From Eledone cirrhosa (lineage: Eukaryota): 64,000 bases of DNA. This document shows, piece by piece, positions 42,132 through 55,573 of the stretch; position 1 is the first letter of the stretch; each line of letters opens with the position of its first letter. A program made the translations under genes and the position numbers. The stretch is from assembly GCA_964016885.1 (NCBI GenBank), contig OZ024743.1, forward strand, positions 158,968,001 through 159,032,000, read 5' to 3'. Under the pieces are notes generated by a model. That model did no database searches and was not told the origin of the DNA. It saw only the letters and a program-made list of their open reading frames with translations.

Positions 42132-42173
42132 TGGTGACCCCGACGTGATTCGAACACGCAGCCTTCTGATCTG
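42132..42173 (-). pseudogene. 3' half of tRNA-Trp(CCA) including terminal CCA (extended PBS or retrocopy)
   Basis: Minus strand reads CAGATCAGAAGGCTGCGTGTTCGAATCACGTCGGGGTCACCA, matching the metazoan tRNA-Trp 3' half as I recall it. Confidence 0.8.
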
Positions 42174-42194
42174 TCGGTCCTCGGTTTCCTTTAA

Positions 42195-42206
42195 TATATA
42201 TATATG

Positions 42207-42239
<33 letters not shown>

Positions 42240-42585
42240 ATATATGTGTATATATGTGTGTATTTATATATATATATATGTGTATATATATCTGTGTGTG
42301 TGTCTGTGTATATATATATATATGTATATGTATGTATATGTATGTATTTGTGTATATGTGTATATATATATGTATATGTATGTGTATGTATGTATGTGTG
42401 TATGTGTGTGTATATATGTATATATATATGTATATGTGTATATGTATATATATATATATATATATGTATATGTATATGTATATATATATATATATGTATA
42501 TGTATGTGTGTATGTGTATATGTATGTATATGTATGTATATGTGTATATATCTGTGTATGTATTTATTTTTATATATATATTTCT

Positions 42586-42635
<50 letters not shown>

Positions 42636-42954
42636 ATATATTTATATATATATGTGTATATGTGTGTGTATATATATGTGTTTATATGTATTTATGTATA
42701 TATGTAGGTATGTGAATGTTTGTGTATATATGTGTGTAATAATATATATATATATATATGTGTACGTGTGTGTATGTGTGTGTATATATGTGTGTATATA
42801 TGTATATATATGTGTATATATATGTGTATATGTGTATATATATGTATATATGTGTGTGTATGTATATATGTGTGTATATATGTAGATATATGTGTATATA
42901 TATGTGTATATGTGTATATATATGTATATATGTGTGTGTATGTATATATGTGTA

Positions 42955-43015
<61 letters not shown>

Positions 43016-43208
43016 ATGTGTATGTATGCGTGTATGTCTGTGTATATATATATATATATGTATATGTATATATATGTATATATGCATACGTGTATGTGTG
43101 TATATGTGTGTATATGTATATATATGTATATATATATATATATGTATATATATATGTGTGTATATGTCTACATGTGTGTATATATATGTATATTTATATA
43201 TATATATA

Positions 43209-43240
<32 letters not shown>

Positions 43241-43317
43241 CATGTGTATATATATATATGTATGTGTGTGTTGTGTGTATGTATATATATATGTATATAT
43301 ATGTGTGTATATGTATA

Positions 43318-43401
<84 letters not shown>
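42195..43401. repeat. Compound (TA)n/(TG)n/(TATG)n microsatellite
   Basis: Direct reading; source of the YI/CV repeat ORFs. Confidence 0.95.
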
Positions 43402-43408
<7 letters not shown>

Positions 43409-43566
43409 ATACTTTGGGAGGGTCATGTTGCCAATAAGAAACACACGCACCAGTTGCTTTCACTTCAATTTATTATATATTTATAAATTTATACATTTAC
43501 AAATTTACAAACTTATAAGTTTCTGGTTGGTTGGTTGGTTCCACAACCAGATAGTTGTTTATATAT

Positions 43567-43611
43567 AGTCATAGTCCTTTCGTCACACACTCTGTGACCT
43601 CTTCAGTGACT
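43567..43611 (-). ncRNA. Hammerhead ribozyme (family A, core CTGAAGA)
   Basis: agtca-CTGAAGA-g gtcac..gtgac-GAAA-ggac-TA-tgact. Confidence 0.8.
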
Positions 43612-43843
43612 GGGGATTCCGTTCTTTGTTTCTGTGCCTTTCCTTTCTTCTATCCTACGCCATTTTGTTTCTGTGTGTGTGTGTTGTGTGCTCAGTTTGC
43701 GCATGCGCCACATCCGGGCGTCTGTGTGTGTTTGTGTTCATTTATCTATTTGTTTATTTATTTATTTATTTATTGTTGGTTGGTTGTTTGTTCTATGTGT
43801 GTGTGTGTTTTCATTTTGTCCTGTGTGTGTTTTCATTTTGTCC

Positions 43844-46825
43844 TTAATTGTAAGTTGTGATGTTGCTGTTCCACTCATATTTTCTATTTAATTTTGGTTT
43901 TAATTCTTTTATGCTTACTGCCTCTGTAATTTGCCTAAACATTGCGTCTTTTCTGTGTGTGGATTCTATTTTCATTTCTATGTTCTCTAATCTACCCCTG
44001 TGTTCTATCTTAGCATGTTGGTAGAGCACAGATGATTCTTTATTATCTTGGAGGTCTCGCCAGTGTTCATTTATTCGTTCCCCTATACTACGAGCTGTCT
44101 CACCTATGTACACTATATTTTTGTTTCTACATTGTCCTTCAGTACATCTTATGCTATACACTACATTTCTAGTTTTACAGTTAATATGGGGGCTTATTTT
44201 ACAGGTTATACATTTCTTATCTATACATGAGGGTCTTTGGAACGGGTATGTCTTGCTAATAAGTGTTTTTACGGAGGTACCTGGTCTTTCTACTATCTTA
44301 ATATTGAGATTATGTTTATTTAGGGCCCTTCTAAATTTGTAGGCTAGTTCGCCTCTAGGGGTTGTATTGATGAACATTACACTCTGGTATTTATTGCTAT
44401 CATACCATGAGTTTATTCTATTGGCCTTGTTCCTAGTTCTTTCTATTCTATTCCAAAATTTGCTCCTATACAAGGGGAAGGTCCCATTTATGTCATTATT
44501 GACCATTTTTTTCCCATTTGGTTCTGGCTCCTTTATACACTCTGATTCTATCTCTCTGATTGTAGCCAGAGAACTGCATACGGTGGATGAAGTGTTGTAT
44601 GTGTCTCTCTAGTTCTTCGGGGTTGCACATGCGGGACACATTTCTCATCACCCGTACCAAATCCGCAATCAGTATGTTGATTTTGGTATGGTCCGAAATG
44701 GCCGAGTTTCGGTGGATCAGATGTTTGGAAGTCATGGGTTTGGCATAATGGGAATGGAGGATTTGTTTTTGGTTGTTAATGGTATCTAACCAGAGCTCTG
44801 TGTCTAGTACAGGTAATCGATGGTTGGGGTGTCTACTTGGGTAGTCTATAGTAACTCTAATGCTCTGGTGGATGGAGTTTGCTATTTGCTGGATGCTTTC
44901 CATTGTGTTTTTCTCTAGTTCCTGACTGTTCTTTAGTGGGGGTGTCTTAACTACGATGTTTATATCATCTACGTAGCGGGAGTACATTATCAGGGTTAAG
45001 CTGTCTTCTAATTGTTCTTTAAGTTTTTGTTTAAGTCTACTGTCCCACCATACCATGAATAAGTTAGCTATGTCGCCTGCAATGCTAACACCAATGGCTG
45101 CTCCTTCCTCTTGGGCATATGTTTTTCCATTAAATTTGAACATATGTTCCTTAAGGGTTAATTTTATGCTGGCCCCTACCGCATGTGCAATCATTTTCTT
45201 CAGTTCATCGTGGTTTTCGGGTGTCCGTATGGCTCTGGTCCACCCGTTCCATCTATCTGTGTGGGTTTTCTTGGCCATTGAGGTAATGGTAGGTGGTCTG
45301 CCTCTTGCTGGTCTTGTAGGGCACAGGTTGCTAAGGTCATAAGTGTCTAGGTAACTATTACTATGGGTAAGCTTAAGTAGAAGTCCCAGCTCACTGGTAT
45401 CAATCCCACGGAACTCAACCTTGCTCTCGCTGATCATTTCTACGCATTTCTCCACACCAAAATCCACGTCAATAGATGGATACAGGGACACAACATCCAT
45501 ACTGCCTATTATGCAGTTTGTTAGGTCCCCAGATCGGTTACCCGCGCCGATTCTGCTGAGGAGGTCCTCCGTGCTGTCACATACATCTGGGGACATCTCA
45601 ATGATGGGGCGTATGACCAGGGAGAGGAAGTAGGACAGTCTGTAGTTACTAGCAATGTTAGCCCCACAGACTGGCCGCGTTGGTGGTCCCGCGACAGGGT
45701 CACAGCCCGTTTTATGGTCTTTTCGAAGCCCATACAACGCCGGCACGTCATTGTTCCAGGCCTGGAAGTTGTTGGCAGTCCTTTTGTTGGGCTGCATTAT
45801 ATTCGTCCACATCACCATATGGGCATTGAGGGCTTTTTCTCTATCCTCATGCTCCTGTGGTGTTACCTCTCTTGTGTTAGTGATGTGGGGTTGCATTGCC
45901 TGGATGTAGTTTGGCAGGCTGTCAACCGACATTCTGCCAGACTTGTCTGTTGGAAAACATGCTATCTCTCCATTAAGTGAGCGCTGCATGAGCTTAGCAA
46001 GCCATTTGCAGATTTTTCTCCCAGTTGCTGGGCCTCTATTCTATTATGCTTCTTGCTATACTGTTCTATAATATTTCTAAGTTCGGATTTAGCTATACTA
46101 AATTGTGCTTCTGTTTGTTCATCGACCTGCGACGGCAACTGCGTGCGTTTGTTAAATGGTAAAGTCGTGGCGTGGACTCGTCGTAGGTCGAATGATTTAT
46201 CGGAGGGGTTATAAAACGGAGAGTTCCAGGCTGCTGCTTTATGTGTACTAGTGCTATTATTATTGTTATTGTTAGTTGTGTTGTTTCTATTTCTATTTCC
46301 ACCAACAGCCTCATGGTTGTTTCTATGTCTCTCATAATTACTCCTGTCTCTTTCCACTGGCTCAATGTTGTTATCTACCCTATTTTGTGTGTCTGTGTGT
46401 TCGTCTTGGTTATTCTCTTTGTCCATAGTCTCCCATCTCCTTTTCCTTTTAATTCTATTACTTTCTCTTATTTCCCTGATTTCTGTGCTACTGTCATTAC
46501 TTGTTTTCTGTGTCTGTGTGTTTGTAAAGATTGTGGTGGTGGTGAGAGGCATTGAATGCGTGTATGTTGTTGTTGTTGATGTGTGTTGTTGTTGATGTGT
46601 GTTGTTGTTGTCTCCGTGTGTGTTATCGTTGTTGTGTGTGTTGTTATTGTTGTTTGTGTCTGCGTGTTTGTTGTTGTTGTATCTGGGTATGTTGCTATTG
46701 TTGTTGTTGATGTGTGTGTTGTTGTTATTGTTGTCTCCGTGTGTGTTATCGTTGTTGTGTGTGTTGTTATTGTTGTTTGTGTCTGCGTGTCTGTTGTTGT
46801 TGTATCTGGGTTTGTTGCTATTGTT
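43844..46825 (-). pseudogene. Family A RT + GIY-YIG, frameshifted
   Basis: PTDKSGR, MDVVSLYPS, YSRYVDD, YIGET; frameshifts near 45995 and 44510. Confidence 0.9.
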
Positions 46826-48151
46826 GCATAAAATTAACCCTTAAGGAACATATGTTCAAATTTAATGGTAAAACATATGCCCAAGTGGAAGGAGCAGCCA
46901 TTGGTGTTAGCATTGCAGGCGACATAGCTAACTTATTCATGGTATGGTGGGACAGTAGACTTAAACAAAAACTTAAAGAACAATTAGAAGACAGCTTAAC
47001 CCTGATAATGTACTCCCGCTACGTAGATGATATAAACATCGTAGTTAAGACACCCCCACTAAAGAACAGTCAGGAACTAGAGAAAAACACAATGGAAAGC
47101 ATCCAGCAAATAGCAAACTCCATCCACCAGAGCATTAGAGTTACTATAGACTACCCAAGTAGACACCCCAACCATCGATTACCTGTACTAGACACAGAAC
47201 TCTGGTTAGATACCATTAACAACCAAAAACAAATCCTCCATTCCCATTATGCCAAACCCATGACTTCCAAACATCTGATCCACCGAAACTCGGCCATTTC
47301 GGACCATACCAAAATCAACATACTGATTGCGGATTTGGTACTGGTGATGAGAAATGTGTCCCGCATGTGCAACCCCGAAGAACTAGAGAGACACATACAA
47401 CACTTCATCCACCGTATGCAGTTCTCTGGCTACAATCAGAGAGATAGAATCAGAGTGTATAAAGGAGCCAGAACCAAATGGGAAAAAAATGGTCAATAAT
47501 GACATAAATGGGACCTTCCCCTTGTATAGGAGCAAATTTTGGAATAGAATAGAAAGAACTAGGAACAAGGCCAATAGAATAAACTCATGGTATGATAGTA
47601 ATAAATACCAGAGTGTAATGTTCATCAATACAACCCCTAGAGGCGAACTAGCCTACAAATTTAGAAGGGCCCTAAATAAACATAATCTCAATATTAAGAT
47701 AGTAGAAAGACCAGGTACCTCCGTAAAAACACTTATTAGCAAGACATACCCGTTCCAAAGACCCTCATGTATAGATAAGAAATGTATAACCTGTAAAATA
47801 AGCCCCCATATTAACTGTAAAACTAGAAATGTAGTGTATAGCATAAGATGTACTGAAGGACAATGTAGAAACAAAAATATAGTGTACATAGGTGAGACAG
47901 CTCGTAGTATAGGGGAACGAATAAATGAACACTGGCGAGACCTCCAAGATAATAAAGAATCATCTGTGCTCTACCAACATGCTAAGATAGAACACAGGGG
48001 TAGATTAGAGAACATAGAAATAAAAATAGAATCCACACACAGAAAAGACGCAATGTTTAGGCAAATTACAGAGGCAGTAAGCATAAAAGAATTAAAACCA
48101 AAATTAAATAGAAAATATGAGTGGAACAGCAACATCACAACTTACAATTAA
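46826..48151 (+). pseudogene. Family A RT C-terminal half + GIY-YIG, frameshifted
   Basis: GAAIG..YSRYVDD..YIGET; +1 A at ~47483-47489. Confidence 0.9.
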
Positions 48152-48383
48152 GGACAAAATGAAAACACACACAGGACAAAATGAAAACACACACACACAT
48201 AGAACAAACAACCAACCAACAATAAATAAATAAATAAATAAACAAATAGATAAATGAACACAAACACACACAGACACCCGGATGTGGCGCATGCGCAGAC
48301 TGAGCACACAACACACACACACAGAAACAAAATGGCGTAGGATAGAAGAAAGGAAAGGCACAGAAACAAAGAAAGGAATCCCC

Positions 48384-48428
48384 AGTCACTGAAGAGGTCA
48401 CAGAGTGTGTGACGAAAGGACTATGACT
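48384..48428 (+). ncRNA. Hammerhead ribozyme (family A, core CTGAAGA)
   Basis: Same motif as 43567-43611. Confidence 0.8.
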
Positions 48429-48648
48429 ATATATAAACAACTATCTGGTTGTGGAACCAACCAACCAACCAGAAACTTATAAGTTTGTAAATTTGTAAAT
48501 TTATAAATTTATAAATATATAATAAATTGAAGTGAAAGCAACTGGTGCGTGTGTTTCTTATTGGCAACATGACCTTCCCAAAGTATAACAATATCGGTTT
48601 CAACACACGATTTCAGATAAAAAATCTTGCTAAACAAATTCAGAAACG

Positions 48649-48719
<71 letters not shown>

Positions 48720-48720
48720 C

Positions 48721-48832
<112 letters not shown>

Positions 48833-49325
48833 GTGTGTGTGTTAGGGGGGGGGGCTGCGCGCGAGTGTATGTATGAGTGTGTCTGTGAATGTGTCTGTTG
48901 ACTTTTGGAATAATTTTTAAGAGAAATTTGAAGATAATGGTATGATATGCCCTCAATAGTTTGAACTTATCTATAAAATTCTCTCGGCCTTTGTCACTAA
49001 GTAGAACCTTAAAGAATTAGCTTTTAAAGAATTTCCCTTTTCTTTAAATCCATTAACCATGACTGACCCCCAACGATCTTATAGACACCTGAAATATAGG
49101 CATTGTTAGTTTAAGAGAAAAATAAATAAGGAAAGGCACCCCATCCTGAACTTGTTTATAGAATTCTTTGTGCCTTTGTTACTCTAAATATAAATTATAG
49201 CTTTAAAGAATTAGCTTTTAATGAATTCCCTTTTCTATCAACAAATGACCACTACCCATCCCACTCCCTACCCTCTCCTACCACCTGAAGAGATCTATAA
49301 ATACCATATTTATTTTTTGATACCC

Positions 49326-49376
49326 AGATTCCTGATGATTTCTAAAGAATGAAACAGTTCTAGTCCTGTAGAATCT
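49326..49376 (+). ncRNA. Hammerhead ribozyme (C2 tailed terminus)
   Basis: agattc-CTGATGA-tttc taaa gaat-GAAA-cag..ctg-TA-gaatct. Confidence 0.85.
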
Positions 49377-49488
49377 CATCTATATTAAAACTTTTATAAC
49401 TCTGATATGTATTGAGCACCTTACTTACTGTGGTTACCTCCGATTCAATCCGGAATAACGTATATATATATATATGTACATATATATA

Positions 49489-49636
<148 letters not shown>

Positions 49637-49697
49637 TATATATATATATGTGAATATATATAATATATATGTATATATATGTATATATATATATATG

Positions 49698-49745
<48 letters not shown>

Positions 49746-49824
49746 TATATATTATATATAAATATATATTATATATATATATATTATATATATATATATA
49801 TTATATATATATAAATATATATAT

Positions 49825-49920
<96 letters not shown>

Positions 49921-50081
49921 GAACATACAAGAGAGATAAACATACATGTGTTCAATTGTAAAGGACCAGGTTTGCTAGAGTGAAAAAAATACTAACTTTA
50001 ACAATATGGTTTGCCAGACTTAATTTAAAGTAATAAATCAAGAAAGAGAATAAAAAACCTATATTGGGCAACTGCGTGAAA

Positions 50082-50162
50082 ACACCTAGACAGGTATAGA
50101 AACTGTTCGCAAAAACTATATTAAGCGAAGGTGTCACTAACTCTCTGCTCTTCAGTAGGTGT
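50082..50162 (-). ncRNA. Hammerhead motif (family H)
   Basis: acaccta-CTGAAGA-gcaga..tttgc-GAA-cag tttctatac ctg-TC-taggtgt; 7-bp stem I, one core A missing. Confidence 0.7.
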
Positions 50163-50577
50163 GTAAAACTTAGCGATCCATCCACTTCTAAAAATTAAAT
50201 AGCTCTAACAAAGGTGTATGTTTAGATTTGTGTTTATATGTATGTTTATATTTTTGTTTATCTCCCTTGTATGTTCAATTATAATACACGGATCAGAAAA
50301 ACTTCTTTCTTAGAGCTATTTAATTGTAAGGGACTATTTTGAGTTTCTAACTCAGTATACAAGTGTCGGCTCCATCATGTTGAGCTAATTTTAATGTCGT
50401 GTTAACCAGGCTTCTATTTCTAGCGGCATAGGTTTTCGAGACAAGCTAGGCTCCGAAGACATGTGCGTTATTTCATATCGCACACAATTCAGTCTAAGAT
50501 TTTTAGAAGTGGAAGTATCGCTAATTTTTTCACAACTACTGAAGAGCAGAGAGTTGGTGATACCTTCGCTTAATATA

Positions 50578-50690
50578 ATTGTTTCTACTTTAGGAACAAG
50601 TCCAGCAATTACCCAGTGCATTACTGGTACTTTATTTTATCGACCCCGTAAGGATAAAAGGCAAAGTCAACCTCGGCGGGATTTGAACAA
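50578..50690 (-). mobile_element. tRNA-derived SINE type 1, 5'-truncated, inside the H hammerhead
   Basis: Reverse complement of ~37391-37500; absent from the other H arm. Confidence 0.85.
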
Positions 50691-51839
50691 TGTTTGCGGA
50701 ACAGTTTCTATACCTGTCTAGGTGTTTTCCGGCAGTTGCCCAATATAGGTTTGTTATTCTCTTTCTGGATTTATTACTTTAAATTAAGTCTGACAAACCA
50801 TATTATTAGAGTTAGTATTTTTTCACCCTAGCGAACCTGGTCCTTTACAATTGAACACATGTATGTTTATATTTGTGTTTATCTCACTTTCTCTCTTGTA
50901 TGTTCAATTATATTACACGGCTCAGAAAAACTTCATTCTTAGAGCTATTTAATTGTAAGAGACTATTTTGAGTTTCTAACTCAGTATATGATATATATAT
51001 ATATTTATATCCTGTATGTTACTGACATCTCGTATAGAAAAGCTCATCATAAGAGTTTCAATTGACTACAAAAGTGTCCCTTTGCAACTATTGACTTGAA
51101 CGTGCAACTCCTTCAAGAATTATAGTATACCTCATCTTGACTGAGTATTTATCATCATCACCATCAGTGATATTATACGTACCACCATTGGCAGAAAAGA
51201 GCAGCAAACCTACTTACAAAACTAAGACCACGTATCTACCAATTGTCGGCAACCATTTTTACATTACAAAGTATCTGCCAAAGGATTATCTAATTAGGTT
51301 CTCTAATTTGTGTTTTTAAATCATTTATGTTAGAATCGCAGCATTCAATTCAATAGTTTGGATGCTTATTTTCCCTATCATGCTTTGATGAGAGGGAAAA
51401 TAGGCATGGAAGAAGCAATGGCAACAAACAGATTCTTACATCATTAGAAAGCAAAAAAAAAAACCTAAATAAAAAAAAAACAGAATGCAACAACAAACTT
51501 ATGGAGGACGGATTCAGCATCATGTTGTTAATGAAACTTCCTTCAATTAATTGACTTTTTCAGTTTAAATGTTTAAATGTTGATTTTTAAAGGCAAGTAT
51601 CAATACAGTAAACATATATATAAAGGAGATATGTTGTTGCTTTGTATAGTTCAGTCTTAATCAAGGAGAACTATAATCAAAGGCAATCCAGTTATGACCA
51701 AACCGCCTTTTTGTCGTGCATAATATATGTAAGATTACATTATTCATTGTGCTATTCCTTTTTTAAGGTAGAGTAAGTTATATGTTTTAGGAGCTCGATA
51801 GATTTCCCTCTTTGAATATAAACATAGCCTCTTTTCAGT

Positions 51840-52110
51840 CCTCCTGCGAATTGGAGTGTCACCAAGTTCTCTATGCTTGTTGGTGGAATTGTCCAGGATG
51901 TTGATGACATGTATAAATCTTCGGACGCCACCGACTCCCTGTCCCAAAACATCATTCTGGGCAGTGTTAAGGGAGGACGAAGAAGAAGCAGGCAAAGAAA
52001 ATTCTTGTCCGACAACTTCAAAACTGGAAAAGTCCCAACGCCGCGAATTTTCTCCCCATAAAGGAGAATAGACCAGATGCAGAAACCTAACGATGGTGAA
52101 CATGTATGTA
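51840..52110 (+). mobile_element. RTE-like LINE 3' fragment
   Basis: DSLSQNIILGSVKGGRRRSRQRKFLSDNFK resembles the RTE ORF2 C-terminal G..GGRRRGRQRK.W.DN motif. Confidence 0.6.
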
Positions 52111-53355
52111 TGTTTGGTTTCTAGCAATTAAAAAAACCACGTAAAAGCCGTCTCACTAGCAGGAGTTGTGCTGCTAGGTTACAAAATGGAGATGGAATAT
52201 TTATCATTTTCTATTGTTCTTTTATAAGTATGTAAAGCGAAAGGCTTTAGATTCTAAAAACCGCTGCTTTGGTGTGACTGATGCCCATCTAAAGAATTTG
52301 TAATATGGACATGGAGGGGATGAATGTATTTGTTCGAAAGCAAGCAGCATTGCTACACTTCACTAAATGTACTTAGAGACACAAATTGATGGTAGTGATA
52401 AATTAAACGATGTATCCTTCGCTCATTTTAGTATTTCGGAATGGCTGAAGTAAACGCATCCAAACAAGCTTTTCTTGTTATGCCATTATCCATAATGTTG
52501 TTGTTGTTTAACTCGATGTCTGTACTTATTGAGCAAGTCTATGATTATCCAATCTTTATTCTGACACAATATATCTATGAGTAAATTATGTAATATGTCT
52601 ATAACTTTTTAAAATCATTTGGCTATAACAATTGGGATATTTGGCTTTTCTTTCTGATTCTTAACTTGGTTTGTAGATAGTGTCAGACTAGATAGGAAAG
52701 AAGAAATCTTATTTCTGAACTAAGGGCAATAATGCGCAACCTTTTGATCGCAGACTTATACACGTAGTTTGGTAAAATAAATACATCTACAAATATAACT
52801 TCTGATGATGATAAAAAATATAACCGATCGAAATGCAGTGCAAAACTAAAAGATTAAAAGTTCTTTTTATCGAAACGAATAATACGAAAAAATACAATCA
52901 TATTAATAATAACACACCATAGACATTTATATATTTCAGTTTATAAATATCAAATGAGAAATTAGTGAGAAACTTATATATATATATAACCTTAAATGGT
53001 ATCGCAGTTTTCGGTATAATATTCAGAATACGTCAGGTTGATGGAACTAAATGGCAGATCAGTGATTGAATTCTATGCCAATCTATCATTTTAGCCTTCT
53101 GTGTCTGTTTGTTTCTGTCTCCGTCTCTATTTCCCTGAAGCGTACGCTTAAACATAGACGCGCACAAACACACACACATACACACACACACAAATATGTT
53201 TATATACCAAACATACTCGTAGGCACACACATACAAACACATACAGAGGAAAACCTGTGGACATTAGACATTAATATAACGGAAGGAGGAGAAAACTAGG
53301 TGAGAGGGCATGAACTATTTACAAATACAGACATAGATGCAGACACACACACACA

Positions 53356-53441
<86 letters not shown>

Positions 53442-53702
53442 CATGTATGTATATAACCATTTGTGTGTGCGTGTAGTCGCGCACACACACACATATGCGC
53501 ATTATATGATCTGAAAATGATAGAGTGAGGTCATGCAGGCTGATATCTTCTGGTAAATCAATGAAATGAATAAAAGATAGATAAATGGAAAATTAGACAG
53601 CTAGAAATTTTGTTTGATAAATAGATCGCAATATATATTATATTAATAATATACTTCATGAAGTAAAGTACTTAATTTACTAAATGAACAATTAAAGCGC
53701 GT

Positions 53703-53783
<81 letters not shown>

Positions 53784-53875
53784 CACATACATATATAGTT
53801 AATAAATAAAACAAACAAAACACAGGAGGAAATGTTTACATAGTTATGCAGGGTATCAGTAGACAAAACAATACT

Positions 53876-55045
53876 CAATCTATTGCAAGAGAGCTTATTT
53901 AGTATAATAAAAATTTCATACACTTAACGTGTATGCGCTACCATAGGTTTCGGGGTCCAGTTATAACCAGAAGAGACAGCTTACTGGTTGATTATCGTCA
54001 ACAGGCCGGTGGAGCTGTGTAATATGAATGTCTTGATGATACGAGAATGCGTATCTTCAAGATAGGTTAAAAGGGAAGTAACTATCATAAAAATAATACC
54101 AAATGCAGGGAAATTTATGATACGTTAGTAATTAAAAAAATCAAATTCCTTGAAATTCAAATTAGTCTGGTCTATACATTTTCTCAGAATGAACTTCGCC
54201 TCCTGTGGACAGCGATTGAAGCTGCGGAGGCATCTATTTAAGGAGTGTTTCTCTGAAGTCAATTGTGAGAGAATATTCCACTTTTCTGAGATACATAATC
54301 GGCAAAATGTCGCCCCATTAACATAGGGGTAGATGTTGTTTTAATAGAAAAAGCGTCCCGTTATTTTTAAGGCTCCAAACATGGTTTGCGAGCTGGATTG
54401 CATATTTTTAGTCAGGTTGTCCGGCTCTCAGACATTCCAACATAAGTCCAGGCTTCAGTTTGCTGGTTCTGGTTGATGGAGGTCACTTATGCTTGTTATA
54501 TAATCACGGTTGGTCTAGTTGGCATGTCTTTGACCTTCTGCATGAGTATCCCTACGGTGGAGAGTTTTCTTGCCGGTGATGTGGGTTTTAATACTATTGC
54601 TACACGAGTAGCCTATTTTCACTGTATGGCGATTGAATATCTGTCGATATTTATAACCAACAGAGAAGTGGAGATCTAGGATGGTCAGGAATGTTCTACT
54701 TACATTGGTTTTCCCATTAAGTGCGAAAGGTGGTGCGAAATATATGCCGTCTTTATGTCTACATTTTCTTCTTTCTAGATGTAGGGTGGTGATATGGAGA
54801 GTAGGTGATTCTTTCGGAGAAGCCACTACTGTTTGGTACTGAATTGTAGTAGGGTGCTGCCCTATCAAAAATGACTTTACTAAAAGAGAGGTTGGATACC
54901 CTCTTACTAATGTTATTGATAAGATTTTTAAAAGCTATAAGGTTATGTCTAGAGTCCTTATGAATGTACCTAAGTTTCTTACTAGGTTTGTGCGTGTCTG
55001 TAGGTCTAAATTAACGCCTAGGAAGTAAACATTGGCGGGGTTGGT
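53876..55045 (-). mobile_element. Decayed Naiad-type PLE
   Basis: YFAPPFALNGKTNVSRTFL.ILD.HF..KYRQIFNRHTVKIGYSCS; terminus matches element K. Confidence 0.75.
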
Positions 55046-55057
55046 GGATACATTGCA

Positions 55058-55280
55058 AGTGGCTGAGTATTCCATAGACACGTCTACCCTTAACGAAAAT
55101 TCAGCATAACAAAAAATGTGACAACGTTAGCCTTTCGAATAGATACAACTTATCTTTCCGGCTGAGTGAACTAGAGCAACGTAAAATAAAATGTCTTGCT
55201 TAAGGACAGAACTCGCTGCCGGGAATCGAACTCATAATCGTAAGATCGTGAGTCAAATACCCTAACCATTAAGTCACTCA
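55058..55280 (-). mobile_element. tRNA-derived SINE type 2
   Basis: Minus-strand B box gagttcgattccc; body shared with 20080-20340. Confidence 0.7.
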
Positions 55281-55401
55281 ACTTCATATATATGTATAGA
55301 TATATGTCAACATGAATGGACCTTTTATTTTTATCTAAAGACATTTTGTTCAATTCCAACCCGCCCGTCCCCCCAAACTATCTTATTTCTCATTCTTTCT
55401 T

Positions 55402-55431
55402 CTGATGAAGGACTAGTGTCCGAAACGTTAA
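55402..55431 (+). ncRNA. Orphan hammerhead core
   Basis: CTGATGA-a ggac tagt gtcc-GAAA-cgt-TA; stem I not intact. Confidence 0.5.
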
Positions 55432-55527
55432 TACCCTCTTGATGCTATTTCAAGCATTAACCAAATATATTCCTTCCATATACTGTACCGATTGTGTTGT
55501 TATTTCTGTTTAACCTTTACACACACA

Positions 55528-55569
<42 letters not shown>

Positions 55570-55573
<4 letters not shown>

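Larger units (their letters stand above)
43402..48651. mobile_element. PLE family A, copy 2 (long tail-less minus arm 43402-46825; tailed plus arm 46826-48651)
   Basis: ORFs 44496-45989 and 43844-44506 (-), 46714-47499 and 47489-48151 (+), closely similar to copy 1. Confidence 0.93.
49915..50991. mobile_element. Non-coding PLE-end element H
   Basis: Tail-less minus arm 49915-50193; tailed plus-strand ends at ~50360 and ~50991; TA flanks. Confidence 0.75.

Noticed and set aside
51744-52127. Possible host exon (ttttcag..gtatgt)
   Set aside because: The best frame matches an RTE LINE C-terminus and has a stop before the donor.
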